Virus record (IMG/VR): IMGVR_UViG_3300031569_001508
Coordinates: 18,171 to 82,170 of that record
Strand: one strand, 5' to 3'
DNA: 64,000 nucleotides
Origin: a virus
Part shown: in pieces, positions 55,114 through 64,000 of the stretch
How positions within the stretch are numbered: position 1 is the first letter of the stretch
How the letters are laid out: each line of letters starts with the position of its first letter
Translations under genes and position numbers: made by a program
Notes under the pieces: model-generated
Told to the model about the DNA's origin: nothing
What the model saw: the letters and a program-made list of their open reading frames with translations, nothing else
Databases searched by the model: none

Positions 55114-57426
55114 ATGAAAAATCCAAAAGTTTATGTTCATGCTAGTTATGCTGGTACTACTGGTTATAATAACCACACCAGAGACTTTTTTAGACATCTA
55201 TCTAAGTTAATAGATATTAAAGTTAGAAATTTTACTATAGGTAATAGTTGGGAAGGCTATAGTGATGAAGCTCATAACAATGAACCTTGGATAAATAATG
55301 TTGATAAAAAATTATTAATTGAGCAAACTTTATGGAATGCAGATAAGGGTCGTAGTGAATATCCTTTATATAAAAACTATCCTAATGATTTTAAACATGA
55401 CGTAAATATAGTATTAGAAGAATCTAAACATCACTATTATTATGACCACTATAATGGGCCTAAAATTGCTTATAATGTTTGGGAGTCAACAAAACAAGAA
55501 GAAGAATTTTTTAATAAGTTATTAGAGTATGATCAAATTTGGGTTCCTTCTAAATGGCAAGCTAAATGCACTGTAGAACAAGGAGCTGATCCTAATAAAG
55601 TAAAAGTTGTTCCTGAGGGAGTTGATCATAAAACATTTTATCCTGAAGAAGTTACTCATAAAGATTATAATGATAATAGATTTAAATTTGTGTTATTTGG
55701 TAGGTGGGATTATAGAAAATCAACTAAAGAAATTATCCAAACTTTTTTAAGTACATTTTCTAAAAATGAACCTATTGATTTAATAGTATCTATTGATAAT
55801 CCTTGGTCTGGAGATAGTTTTAAAACTACTGAAGAAAGATTAAAACATCATGGAATTGATGATGATAGAATTATTATAAAACATTTTCCTTCAAGAGAAG
55901 ATTACGTTAAATATTTAAAAAAAGGTCATGTATTTCTATCTTGTGCTCGTTCTGAAGGATGGAATTTACCTTTAATTGAAGCTATGTCTTGTGGTACACC
56001 CTCAATATACTCAGCAGACTCAGGTCAAATGGAATTTGCTGAAGGAAAAGGTTTACCTGTTAAGATAAAAGGAAAAAAAGAAGCTAAATCCCAAGACTAT
56101 CAACAATTTAGTTATGGAAGTGTTCCTGGTTATTTCCCCGAGCCTGATTTTGATGACTTAGGAAAAGTAATGAGGGATGCCTATGAAAATTATACTTCAC
56201 ATAAAACAAAAGCCCTTAAAGATGCTAAATTAATACATAAAGAGTTTAATTGGGATAATGTTGCTAAAATAGGAATGGATACTTTACAAGATTTTTTAAG
56301 TAATTTAGATAAAAAAGAAAATACAATTAATATAACCTATAATGATGGTCCTAAAGTTGAAATTTTAGGAGACGATTACAAAGATTATAAAGTTGAGTTT
56401 ATTGATAGTAGAAATGGTAAAGTAATACATGAAGGTAATATTACTAATAATATGTGGGTTAATTGTGATAAAAAGTATTATATTCCATGGATTATAAAAA
56501 TAAATGGTAAGGTAGTAGAAGAGTTTACATTAGAGGATAAAAATGTTTTAATAGAATTCGAAAGTTCTGCTATTGGAGATACTATTGCTTGGTTTCCTTA
56601 TATTGAAGAATTTAGAAAAAAACATAATTGTAATATTATTTGTAAAACTTGGTGGAATGATTGGTTTAAAGAAGTCTATAAAAATATAAATTTTATTGAA
56701 CCTGAGAGTAATACTAATAGTGATGTTTGTTATAAACTAGGATGGTTCTATGATGGTGATAATGCTATTGATTGGAGTAATAACTACCACCCAAATTCAT
56801 TTTTGCCTCAACCTCTACAAAAAACAGCATCTGATGTTTTAGGATTAGAATTTCAAGAAATAAAACCTAATATAAAATCTTTAGAACTTTCTCCTATAAA
56901 AGAAAAATATGTTACGATATCCATTCAATCAACATCACAATGTAAATATTGGAACCATCCAACTGGTTGGGATGAAGTTTTAGATTATTGTAAGAAAAAA
57001 GGTTATAAAACAGTATCTGTAGATAAACACCCTAAATTTGGGGTTAAGAATTTTAAAAATAAAATACCAAAAACAGATTATAATTATAATGATAAACCTC
57101 TTGATGAAGTAATGTCTATTATAAAAGGAGCTGATTTTCATTTAGGGATTGGTTCTGGGTTATCTTGGGTTGCTTGGGCTTTAAATACTCCTGTAGTTTT
57201 AATTACATCATTTTCAAAACCTTATTGTGAATTTAAAACTAATTGTATTAGAATTTATAATGACACTCCAACCTCTGGTTATTTTAATTATTACAGGATG
57301 GATCCAAGTAATTGGAATTGGTACCCTTATAAGGAAATAAATACATTAGAAGATTGGTATAGTGTAGAAAATATAACCCCAGAACAAGTTATTAATAAAA
57401 TAAAAGATTATTTAAAATTAAACTAA
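55114..57426 (+). CDS. GT4 glycosyltransferase fused to TibC/Aah-like heptosyltransferase
   Basis: N-half: TGY, VWES, RK, SEGWNLPLIEA. C-half: GDTIAWFPY, QSTSQCKYWNHPTGW, GSGLSWVAWA, SFSKPYCEF. Confidence 0.8.
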   Translation: MKNPKVYVHASYAGTTGYNNHTRDFFRHLSKLIDIKVRNFTIGNSWEGYSDEAHNNEPWINNVDKKLLIEQTLWNADKGRSEYPLYKNYPNDFKHDVNIVLEESKHHYYYDHYNGPKIAYNVWESTKQEEEFFNKLLEYDQIWVPSKWQAKCTVEQGADPNKVKVVPEGVDHKTFYPEEVTHKDYNDNRFKFVLFGRWDYRKSTKEIIQTFLSTFSKNEPIDLIVSIDNPWSGDSFKTTEERLKHHGIDDDRIIIKHFPSREDYVKYLKKGHVFLSCARSEGWNLPLIEAMSCGTPSIYSADSGQMEFAEGKGLPVKIKGKKEAKSQDYQQFSYGSVPGYFPEPDFDDLGKVMRDAYENYTSHKTKALKDAKLIHKEFNWDNVAKIGMDTLQDFLSNLDKKENTINITYNDGPKVEILGDDYKDYKVEFIDSRNGKVIHEGNITNNMWVNCDKKYYIPWIIKINGKVVEEFTLEDKNVLIEFESSAIGDTIAWFPYIEEFRKKHNCNIICKTWWNDWFKEVYKNINFIEPESNTNSDVCYKLGWFYDGDNAIDWSNNYHPNSFLPQPLQKTASDVLGLEFQEIKPNIKSLELSPIKEKYVTISIQSTSQCKYWNHPTGWDEVLDYCKKKGYKTVSVDKHPKFGVKNFKNKIPKTDYNYNDKPLDEVMSIIKGADFHLGIGSGLSWVAWALNTPVVLITSFSKPYCEFKTNCIRIYNDTPTSGYFNYYRMDPSNWNWYPYKEINTLEDWYSVENITPEQVINKIKDYLKLN

Positions 57427-57432
57427 GAATAT

Positions 57433-58152
57433 ATGAAAAAATTATTACTTGTATTATCGGTATTACTAATTGGGTGTACAACATACAAACCAATAGCATC
57501 AGTTGACCCAATCTATGGTTACACTACAAACACAATAGAAAATGAGTGGGAGTTAGAACGGCTTCTAAGAACCGATTTCAAATTCAGATATGATTTCGCT
57601 CAATTCGCTATGAGGCAACCATTAACCTGGCATTGGAATAACAGAATGTTTAGATTTGGTTCTAGATTCAACAGATACAACTATTGGAATCCATACTACC
57701 CATACTCACAAAACTACAATTTTACATACAACTCAACTCAGATGTGGAATGATTGGTTATGGGGAATGGATAGTGGGTATTGGTGGAACAATTGGAACAA
57801 TAGTAGTAACAATTGGTACAACGGCCCTTATAACAATATGGGATACAATGTAGTATGGAATCGTAGTAGGAGAAATAGTACTATGAATAATGTAAATGGT
57901 AGAGCACATGCTTCTATGATACAATCTACTTTAGAGCAAGATACAAACAAACGTAGAGTAAAACCAAACATTACACCTATAGTAACAATTCCTACTTATA
58001 ACAACAAACCAATTATTAAAACAAAACCTGTTATAATAAATAATAATAACAGACCATCGTACAATAATAAACCATCTATTAATAATACAAAACCACTTCC
58101 AACTATTAATAAAACTTCTACTAATAGTAGAAGAAAAAAAGGGGGAAATTAA
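57433..58152 (+). CDS. lipoprotein with W/Y/N-rich low-complexity region
   Basis: MKKLLLVLSVLLIG-C lipobox; YWWNNWNNSSNNWY repeats; N/K/P-rich tail. Confidence 0.7.
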   Translation: MKKLLLVLSVLLIGCTTYKPIASVDPIYGYTTNTIENEWELERLLRTDFKFRYDFAQFAMRQPLTWHWNNRMFRFGSRFNRYNYWNPYYPYSQNYNFTYNSTQMWNDWLWGMDSGYWWNNWNNSSNNWYNGPYNNMGYNVVWNRSRRNSTMNNVNGRAHASMIQSTLEQDTNKRRVKPNITPIVTIPTYNNKPIIKTKPVIINNNNRPSYNNKPSINNTKPLPTINKTSTNSRRKKGGN

Positions 58153-58153
58153 T

Positions 58154-58182
58154 TTGGGATTTTGGAAATAAATTTGTATATT
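58154..58182 (+). promoter_or_regulatory. -33/-7 promoter
   Basis: TTGG-N18-GTATATT. Confidence 0.72.
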
Positions 58183-58221
58183 AATGTATGTTGTGACCTT
58201 TAAACAAAAATTAAAACAAAA

Positions 58222-59415
58222 ATGAAAAAAATAGAAAACAAAATACCTTTATTTAAAGTATTTATGTCACCAACTGCTAAAAGTAAAGTTGGTGAAGTAT
58301 TAGATAGTGGTTTTATTGGCCAAGGACCTAAAGTTGATGAGTTTGAAGATAATTTAAAAAATTACTTTAATAATGATTATTCTTTAACTACAAATGCTGG
58401 AACTTCAGCATTACATTTAGCACTACATTTGTTAAAATCTCCTGATGAAAATCAAAAGAATTTTGATGGGGTTGCATTTTGGGATGAAAAATGGCCTGGT
58501 TTGCAACCTGGAGATGAAGTATTAGCAACTCCTATGACTTGTACTGCTTCTAATTGGCCTATTTTAGCAAACGGGCTAAAAATTAAGTGGGTAGATATTG
58601 ATCCTAAAACATTAAATATGGATTTAGAAGATTTAGCTAGAAAAATATCACCTACTACTAAAGCGATTATGTTAGTTCATTGGGGAGGTTATCCTAATAA
58701 TTTAAGAAAAATAAAACAAATTCAAGAAAAAGCAAGAAATATGTTTGGGTTTAAACCAGCTATTATTGAAGATGGAGCTCATTCATTTGGATCTGAATTT
58801 GAAGGTAGAAAAATAGGTAATCATGGGAATTTAACTATGTTTTCTTTACAAGCTATAAAACATATTACATCAATTGATGGGGGTGTATTAATATCACCTC
58901 ATAAAAAACTTCATGATAGAGCTAAATTACTTAGATGGTATGGGATTGATAGAGAGGGGGATAGGAAAGATTTTAGATGTGAAGCTGATATCCCAGAGTG
59001 GGGGTATAAATTTCATATGAATGATGTTTGTGCTACAGTTGGAATTGAAAATTTAAAACATGTTGAGGAAATTGTTAAAAAACATAGAAGTAATGCTGCT
59101 TACTATGACGATAATTTAAAAAATATTAAAGGTGTTACATTATTAGAACGTAGTTCTATTTGCAACTCAGCATTTTGGATCTACTCTATGTTAGTTGATG
59201 ATAGAGATAGTTTTTACAAATATATGGATGAGTGTAATATTTCTGTTTCTCAGGTACATGAGAGAAATGATAAACATTCTTGTGTAAAGGAATTTAGTAC
59301 CCAACTACCCAATTTAGATAAAACTATAGGTAAAATAGTTAATATTCCTGTTGGTTGGTGGGTTACTAATGAAGAAAGAGAATATATTGTAAATTGTATT
59401 AAAAAATGGAAGTAA
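58222..59415 (+). CDS. DegT/DnrJ/EryC1/StrS sugar aminotransferase
   Basis: GTSALH, VHWGG, EDGAHSFG, SLQAIKHITSIDGG, GYKFHM. Confidence 0.9.
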   Translation: MKKIENKIPLFKVFMSPTAKSKVGEVLDSGFIGQGPKVDEFEDNLKNYFNNDYSLTTNAGTSALHLALHLLKSPDENQKNFDGVAFWDEKWPGLQPGDEVLATPMTCTASNWPILANGLKIKWVDIDPKTLNMDLEDLARKISPTTKAIMLVHWGGYPNNLRKIKQIQEKARNMFGFKPAIIEDGAHSFGSEFEGRKIGNHGNLTMFSLQAIKHITSIDGGVLISPHKKLHDRAKLLRWYGIDREGDRKDFRCEADIPEWGYKFHMNDVCATVGIENLKHVEEIVKKHRSNAAYYDDNLKNIKGVTLLERSSICNSAFWIYSMLVDDRDSFYKYMDECNISVSQVHERNDKHSCVKEFSTQLPNLDKTIGKIVNIPVGWWVTNEEREYIVNCIKKWK

Positions 59416-59420
59416 AAAAA

Positions 59421-59840
59421 ATGATTGAATTAAAATTACTTACTGAAAAAGATTTACCATTTTTGCTAGAAATAAGGAATGATGATTCAACTAGATATTA
59501 CCTTGAAGATGATTCAATTTTTACTTTAAATGAATGTAAAAAATGGTTTGGATCCTTAGTTTCTCCATGGTATATTATAAACATAAATAACAATAAAGTA
59601 GGGTATATTAGAACTAATGGTTATGAAATTGGATGTGATATCCATCCTAAATTTAGGAGAAAAGGTTATGCAAAGATGGCTTATAAAGAATATTTAAAAG
59701 ATAAAAAATATGCTAATTTAAAAGTATTTAAAGATAATTTTGCAATTGATCTTTATAAAAAATTAGGGTTTGTTAAAGGTGGTGAAGTTAAAATTATTAG
59801 GGGAAGAGAATATGTTAGTATGGTTTTTAAAAAGAAATAA
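59421..59840 (+). CDS. GNAT N-acetyltransferase (PseH-like)
   Basis: LEIRN, FRRKGYA, AIDLYKKLGF; follows the aminotransferase. Confidence 0.8.
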   Translation: MIELKLLTEKDLPFLLEIRNDDSTRYYLEDDSIFTLNECKKWFGSLVSPWYIININNNKVGYIRTNGYEIGCDIHPKFRRKGYAKMAYKEYLKDKKYANLKVFKDNFAIDLYKKLGFVKGGEVKIIRGREYVSMVFKKK

Positions 59841-60854
59841 ATGGAGAAAAAAGATTTAATTATAATAAACGCTTACACCCCAGATTTTGAAAGGGAGGAG
59901 TTAATGAGAAGTTTCATTAGTCAAATAGATAAAACTAATTATGACTTAATGGTTGTATCTCATACTAAAATACCTGATGATGTACTTAATAAAGTTGAAT
60001 ATTTTATTTTTGATAAGGAAAATGAACTTTTAACTGATTTAAATTCTAAATTTCCACTTTTTTTTCAAAACTCAAATTTTTTAGTTTATACAACTGAAGC
60101 TAGGGATTATAACCACTCAATAGCTGCTTATAAATTATTTTATGTAGGAATAAATAATGCAAAAGTATTAGGATATAAAAAGGCACATATTGTAGAATAC
60201 GATTCTGCAGTGAAAAATATGAATCTTTTTGATGATAATTCTAAATTACTAGAAGATTATAGTGTAGTGTGGTATAAAAGACCAAATAATCAAACACCTA
60301 TTTCTATAAGTTTTCCTATGTCTTTTAATATTGATAATTTAAAAAAGGAATGGTTTGAGTGGGATAGAAAAAATATATTAAATTGTGGAGCAAAAACAAT
60401 AGAAGATTGGCAATTGCAACAAATACAAAATCAAAAAGATACATATTCTAAAGAAGATAAAATAGAAATCTACGAGGATAAGAAATCATCTTTATTTGAT
60501 GATTCTTTAGTTATAAATTTATACCAATCTCATGGAAAAGAACAATGGGTTTGCCCTATTATAGATGATAGTAATGAATTATCGATGTTTATTAACAATC
60601 AATTTGAAGATTTATTATATTATGAAGTTATAATAAATGGAACATTACTTAAAAGTAAAAAAACACCCCCACTTTGTTGGTCAACCCTTTATTTAGGAAA
60701 TTGGGATAAAGTAGATACTCTATCAATTATAATAGATAATAAAAAATTAAAAAAATATGATTTTAGACAGATAGATAAAAAAAATTATAAATCTCTAAAT
60801 TATTTGAAGACAAAACAAAACCCAGAGCATATAATGGGTCCAACTGCACAATAA
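59841..60854 (+). CDS. putative glycosyltransferase-like protein
   Basis: MVVSH, FIFDKEN, VEYD pattern; lies in the sugar island. Confidence 0.5.
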   Translation: MEKKDLIIINAYTPDFEREELMRSFISQIDKTNYDLMVVSHTKIPDDVLNKVEYFIFDKENELLTDLNSKFPLFFQNSNFLVYTTEARDYNHSIAAYKLFYVGINNAKVLGYKKAHIVEYDSAVKNMNLFDDNSKLLEDYSVVWYKRPNNQTPISISFPMSFNIDNLKKEWFEWDRKNILNCGAKTIEDWQLQQIQNQKDTYSKEDKIEIYEDKKSSLFDDSLVINLYQSHGKEQWVCPIIDDSNELSMFINNQFEDLLYYEVIINGTLLKSKKTPPLCWSTLYLGNWDKVDTLSIIIDNKKLKKYDFRQIDKKNYKSLNYLKTKQNPEHIMGPTAQ

Positions 60855-61744
60855 TGGAAAAAAGTTGTTTAATAGTAAATTTTTATTTGGGTGATAGAAG
60901 AAAATGCATTAAAGAATATAATGAAATAGATAGGTTATGTCTTTTAAAAAAGCAGATTTCAACATTACATTATTTTAATCACTCTTTAAGTAAAATTATT
61001 TTTAATTTTAATATGAGGAATGAGGATTTTAAATATGTTAGTGATATATTTAAACTCACACCTAAATTTATCCAAGGATCTGATGTTGAAATTCATTTTA
61101 GAGAAAATGTAGGAGGAAGCTATGGTGCTTGGAATGATTCATTTGAAAAATGGAAAGATGATTATGAATATTATATTTTTAATGAAGATGATTATTTTTT
61201 CATTCAAAATAATTGGGATGATTATTTAATAAATAAATATAATTCATTAGGAGATTGTGGTTATTTATGTGGAGTGGTACAAGAACCCTATTTTAGAAAT
61301 GGATTTAGAAAAAATTTGGCTATGTCTGTGGGGATTGCATCTTCTGAAAATTTAATGAAAATATATAACAATGAAGGTAAAATATGCACCAATGATGGTA
61401 AGAATTACGTAGAATTAGAATGGGTTCAAAAAACATTTGCTACATCATTTTTAAATTTAGGACTAAACATATATGATATAAGAGATGACTACAGGTTAGC
61501 ATTTGCTTGGACTGAAAAGGATGGAGTAGATATTCATAAATATTTTTGGTGGAATAAACATGATCTACTCATACCAGCATTTTTAATATTCCCCCATTCT
61601 GGGTATAAATGGTGGGCAACTACAGATGGACAGTATTTAGAGGGTTACTCAGGAACTACTGTTGAAGAAGGTTTAAAATGTTTAAATGAAGAAATTAATA
61701 ATTATGACTTACCTTCATATAAAAAATTAAAATTAAAAAAATAA
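60854..61744 (+). CDS. putative GT-A glycosyltransferase
   Basis: RENVGGSYGAW, YIFNEDD. Confidence 0.6.
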   Translation: MEKSCLIVNFYLGDRRKCIKEYNEIDRLCLLKKQISTLHYFNHSLSKIIFNFNMRNEDFKYVSDIFKLTPKFIQGSDVEIHFRENVGGSYGAWNDSFEKWKDDYEYYIFNEDDYFFIQNNWDDYLINKYNSLGDCGYLCGVVQEPYFRNGFRKNLAMSVGIASSENLMKIYNNEGKICTNDGKNYVELEWVQKTFATSFLNLGLNIYDIRDDYRLAFAWTEKDGVDIHKYFWWNKHDLLIPAFLIFPHSGYKWWATTDGQYLEGYSGTTVEEGLKCLNEEINNYDLPSYKKLKLKK

Positions 61745-61747
61745 AAA

Positions 61748-62182
61748 ATGGAAAAATTAGGATTTACAGCCGGTAACTTTGATTTACTGCACCCTGGATA
61801 TATTTACACATTTGAAGAAGCAAAAAAACATTGTGATAAATTTTTTGTATTTTTACATGCCGACCCTTCTGAATATAGAAATAATAAATACAAACCAGTA
61901 GTTCCATTGTATGAAAGATATAAAACACTAATGGCTGTTAAGTATATAGATGGTGTTTATACTTACCAAACGGAAAAAGAATTATTAAATCTAATTAAAT
62001 TTTGGAAACCCGATGTAAGAATATTAGGTGAAGATTACATAGGAAAATCCTTTACAGGAGATGATTTACCTATTGAAGTTATTTACACTACTCGTTCACA
62101 TGAGTGGTCAACTACCAGAATAAAAAACTTAATTACTATTCAAACCTTAAAACAAAACCCAGATATAAAAAGTAAATTATGA
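61748..62182 (+). CDS. HxGH-family nucleotidylyltransferase (TagD/RfaE-II-like)
   Basis: FTAGNFDLLHPGY, ER, KYID, GEDY, STTRIK. Confidence 0.85.
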   Translation: MEKLGFTAGNFDLLHPGYIYTFEEAKKHCDKFFVFLHADPSEYRNNKYKPVVPLYERYKTLMAVKYIDGVYTYQTEKELLNLIKFWKPDVRILGEDYIGKSFTGDDLPIEVIYTTRSHEWSTTRIKNLITIQTLKQNPDIKSKL

Positions 62183-62379
62183 TAAAAAGTTATAGAGTAA
62201 CATTTCAGGAATATGATAAAGATGAAGGTCAAACAATGGAAGTAAAAACAAAAGATATTGATTGGACTATAGAACAGATAGGAAGAAATAGAAATATTGA
62301 AACTATTAAATATAAGGAAATTAATTTACCAATTTATGATGATGATTTGAATGGGCCAAATGGGCATTTAGGTGTATAA
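62179..62379 (+). CDS. hypothetical protein
   Basis: 66 aa; ATGA overlap. Confidence 0.55.
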   Translation: MIKSYRVTFQEYDKDEGQTMEVKTKDIDWTIEQIGRNRNIETIKYKEINLPIYDDDLNGPNGHLGV

Positions 62380-62402
62380 GCGATAGAGTAAAAAATAAAA
62401 TT

Positions 62403-62912
62403 ATGAATAAAAACATTATTTTTCTTATAGGGTTACCGGGAGCTGGAAAAAGTTTTTTATGTAAGTATTATAAATCTCATCCTTTTATAGATTATATAAT
62501 TTATGATGATTGGATGAGGGAATTTAAAGCAAGTGAAAACGTTAGTTTTAAAGATGATGTTAATTACGATCAACTTATAAATAATATTAATTTAAAGGAA
62601 AATATTATTATTAGTTGTATTGATTTTTGTAATAATGATTATTTATTAAATGCTGAAAATATATTAAAAACTCAATTTCCTCAATTAAAAATAGAAAGAA
62701 TATATTTTGAAAATAATATAGAAAAATGTATAAAGAATATTAAACAAAGAGATAAAGAAAGAGGAGGATATGTTAAGGATGGTGTTTATTTTGGTTTACA
62801 TATTCATAATGAAGCATTATATAAAAGAGAAATAAGATTTGCAGAAATGTTTTGTAAAGATTATAATATCCCCCCAAATTACTCTGCATTCCCTATAAAG
62901 GTTTCAAAATGA
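62403..62912 (+). CDS. P-loop kinase (AAA_33/PNK-like)
   Basis: GLPGAGKS, DD, lid C..N...R. Confidence 0.7.
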   Translation: MNKNIIFLIGLPGAGKSFLCKYYKSHPFIDYIIYDDWMREFKASENVSFKDDVNYDQLINNINLKENIIISCIDFCNNDYLLNAENILKTQFPQLKIERIYFENNIEKCIKNIKQRDKERGGYVKDGVYFGLHIHNEALYKREIRFAEMFCKDYNIPPNYSAFPIKVSK

Positions 62913-62963
62913 AATATTTTACAACATTAAGATACAGATGGCAAAAGTATAGACGTAAAAGTG

Positions 62964-62992
62964 TATGGGACTTGTAGTAATTAGCGTATATT
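62964..62992 (+). promoter_or_regulatory. degenerate -33/-7 promoter
   Basis: ATGG...CGTATATT; imperfect -33 element; no ORF before the next cassette. Confidence 0.35.
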
Positions 62993-63011
62993 ACTGTAAG
63001 TTAGGCGTTAT

Positions 63012-63097
63012 AAATTAATTAAAGACTTATGCCGATAGATTTGGTTACCTGAAATATTGTTCGTATATTTACGGCATAAATAAAAATAAAGGTTATG
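63012..63097 (+). promoter_or_regulatory. promoter cassette
   Basis: 21-mer identical to 49012; TTGG-N18-GTATATT; flanked by TTATGCCG/CGGCATAA; AAGGTT-ATG. Confidence 0.85.
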
Positions 63098-63445
63098 TTA
63101 AATAAACAAAAAGTTAAGGGTTTTAGAGGTGATTTTGAAAAAGCAGTAGCACAATTAGAAAAAGATTATGGTGTTACAATTTCATTAGGTACAATTAGGT
63201 TTGACGCTCAAGAATTAAGAGCCAAAATGACTGCTAAAGTAGGTGATGCACCTGTTAAAGCTTCAAAAGATGAGTTTAATAGAGGTGATATCGTAGGTAT
63301 TAATCATAAAAAGATTAATAAAAATGATGAGTTTAAAGTTACAAAAGTAAATGGTAAGACCATTACAGTTGAAAAAATCAATGTTGAAAATGGTAGGATT
63401 GGAGCTCAAATGAGAGTTTCCCCAAGTTTATTATTTAAAAAATAA
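63095..63445 (+). CDS. hypothetical protein with SH3/KOW-like C-terminus
   Basis: FNRGDIV, FKVTKVNGKT, RVSPSLL; bracketed by two cassettes. Confidence 0.65.
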   Translation: MLNKQKVKGFRGDFEKAVAQLEKDYGVTISLGTIRFDAQELRAKMTAKVGDAPVKASKDEFNRGDIVGINHKKINKNDEFKVTKVNGKTITVEKINVENGRIGAQMRVSPSLLFKK

Positions 63446-63555
63446 ATTAAAGACTTATGCGAAGATATTTGGAGAAGCCAAATATTGTTCGTATATTTAC
63501 GTGTAAATAAGGCATGAAGCTGGAAAACACAATTAAAATAAATAAAGGTTATATG
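63445..63555 (+). promoter_or_regulatory. promoter/stem-loop cassette
   Basis: AATTAAAGACTTATGC box; ATATTTGG-AGAAG-CCAAATAT hairpin; TTGG-N18-GTATATT; AAGGTTATATG. Confidence 0.85.
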
Positions 63556-63738
63556 AAAGTAAATTTAAATCCAACAAATTCAAAAGTAATTAATGGTGTA
63601 TTATTTGTTACTGCACTAAAAGTACAAGCAATGTCTAACAAGTTAGTAGAACTTGTTGAATATGGCAATAATATTATGCATCCTTCTTTAGGAAAAATGT
63701 ATCAATATAATGGTAAATTTTCAAGATCTAATTCGTAA
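63553..63738 (+). CDS. hypothetical protein
   Basis: ATG at 63553 in the conserved start context. Confidence 0.55.
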   Translation: MKVNLNPTNSKVINGVLFVTALKVQAMSNKLVELVEYGNNIMHPSLGKMYQYNGKFSRSNS

Positions 63739-63741
63739 GCC

Positions 63742-63960
63742 ATGATTAGAGAAAAACAACAACAAACAGGTCCAATTATAATCGACCTAACAGGTCCTCA
63801 AGGTAATGCATTTTTCCTTTTAGGATATGCTAAAAAATTAGCTAAACAATTAGGAATAGATTATAATGAAATTATTGGTGATATGAAATCAGGTGATTAT
63901 GAAAATCTAATTCAAGTGTTTGAAAATAATTTTGGTAATTTTGTAATTTTAGAAAGATAA
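63742..63960 (+). CDS. conserved small phage protein
   Basis: IDLTGPQGNAF.LLG, MKSGDYE. Confidence 0.7.
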   Translation: MIREKQQQTGPIIIDLTGPQGNAFFLLGYAKKLAKQLGIDYNEIIGDMKSGDYENLIQVFENNFGNFVILER

Positions 63961-64000
63961 ATTATGAATAAGAATAAATCAAAAACATTAGGTAAATTAC

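Noticed and set aside
62909-62977. 22-codon ORF MKYFTTLRYRWQKYRRKSVWDL
   Set aside because: Too short to support from sequence alone, although it has an ATGA overlap.

Overview
This 64 kb window comes from a large, strongly AT-rich, T4-superfamily-like (probably jumbo) dsDNA phage. Essentially every gene is on the + strand and the genetic code is standard. The host is most likely a Bacteroidetes/Flavobacteriia bacterium: about 20 copies of a -33/-7-type promoter (TTGG-N18-GTATATT) are present, Shine-Dalgarno sites are not apparent, and starts sit in an AA(A/G)GTT(AT)ATG context. In order, the window holds: the end of a baseplate/tail gene; a replication block (miniature PolA, SSB, RecA/UvsX, 5'-3' exonuclease, DnaB-type helicase, nrdB-nrdA); a lysis block; small early ORFans behind repeated promoter/stem-loop cassettes; UVDE; a 7-deazaguanine DNA-modification cluster (DpdA/TGT-like, queC, queD, queE, folE) interleaved with a purine phosphoribosyltransferase and a MazG-like pyrophosphatase, running into a split family-B polymerase and sliding clamp; hsp20-groES-groEL; clamp loaders; two sugar-nucleotide/glycosyltransferase islands, including a GT4-TibC/Aah-like heptosyltransferase fusion; RadA-like ATPase; DNA ligase; and one tRNA-Ala(TGC). 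The best leads are: (1) a possible pre-replicative deazaguanine incorporation route using enzymes with non-canonical metal motifs; (2) dispersed promoter cassettes with a position-conserved, covarying hairpin and an upstream box; (3) a switch-like 5'/3' long-range pairing around hsp20; (4) an unannotated ArfA-like peptide; (5) phage-encoded protein heptosylation. All protein calls are by motif recognition only. No database search or folding program was run.
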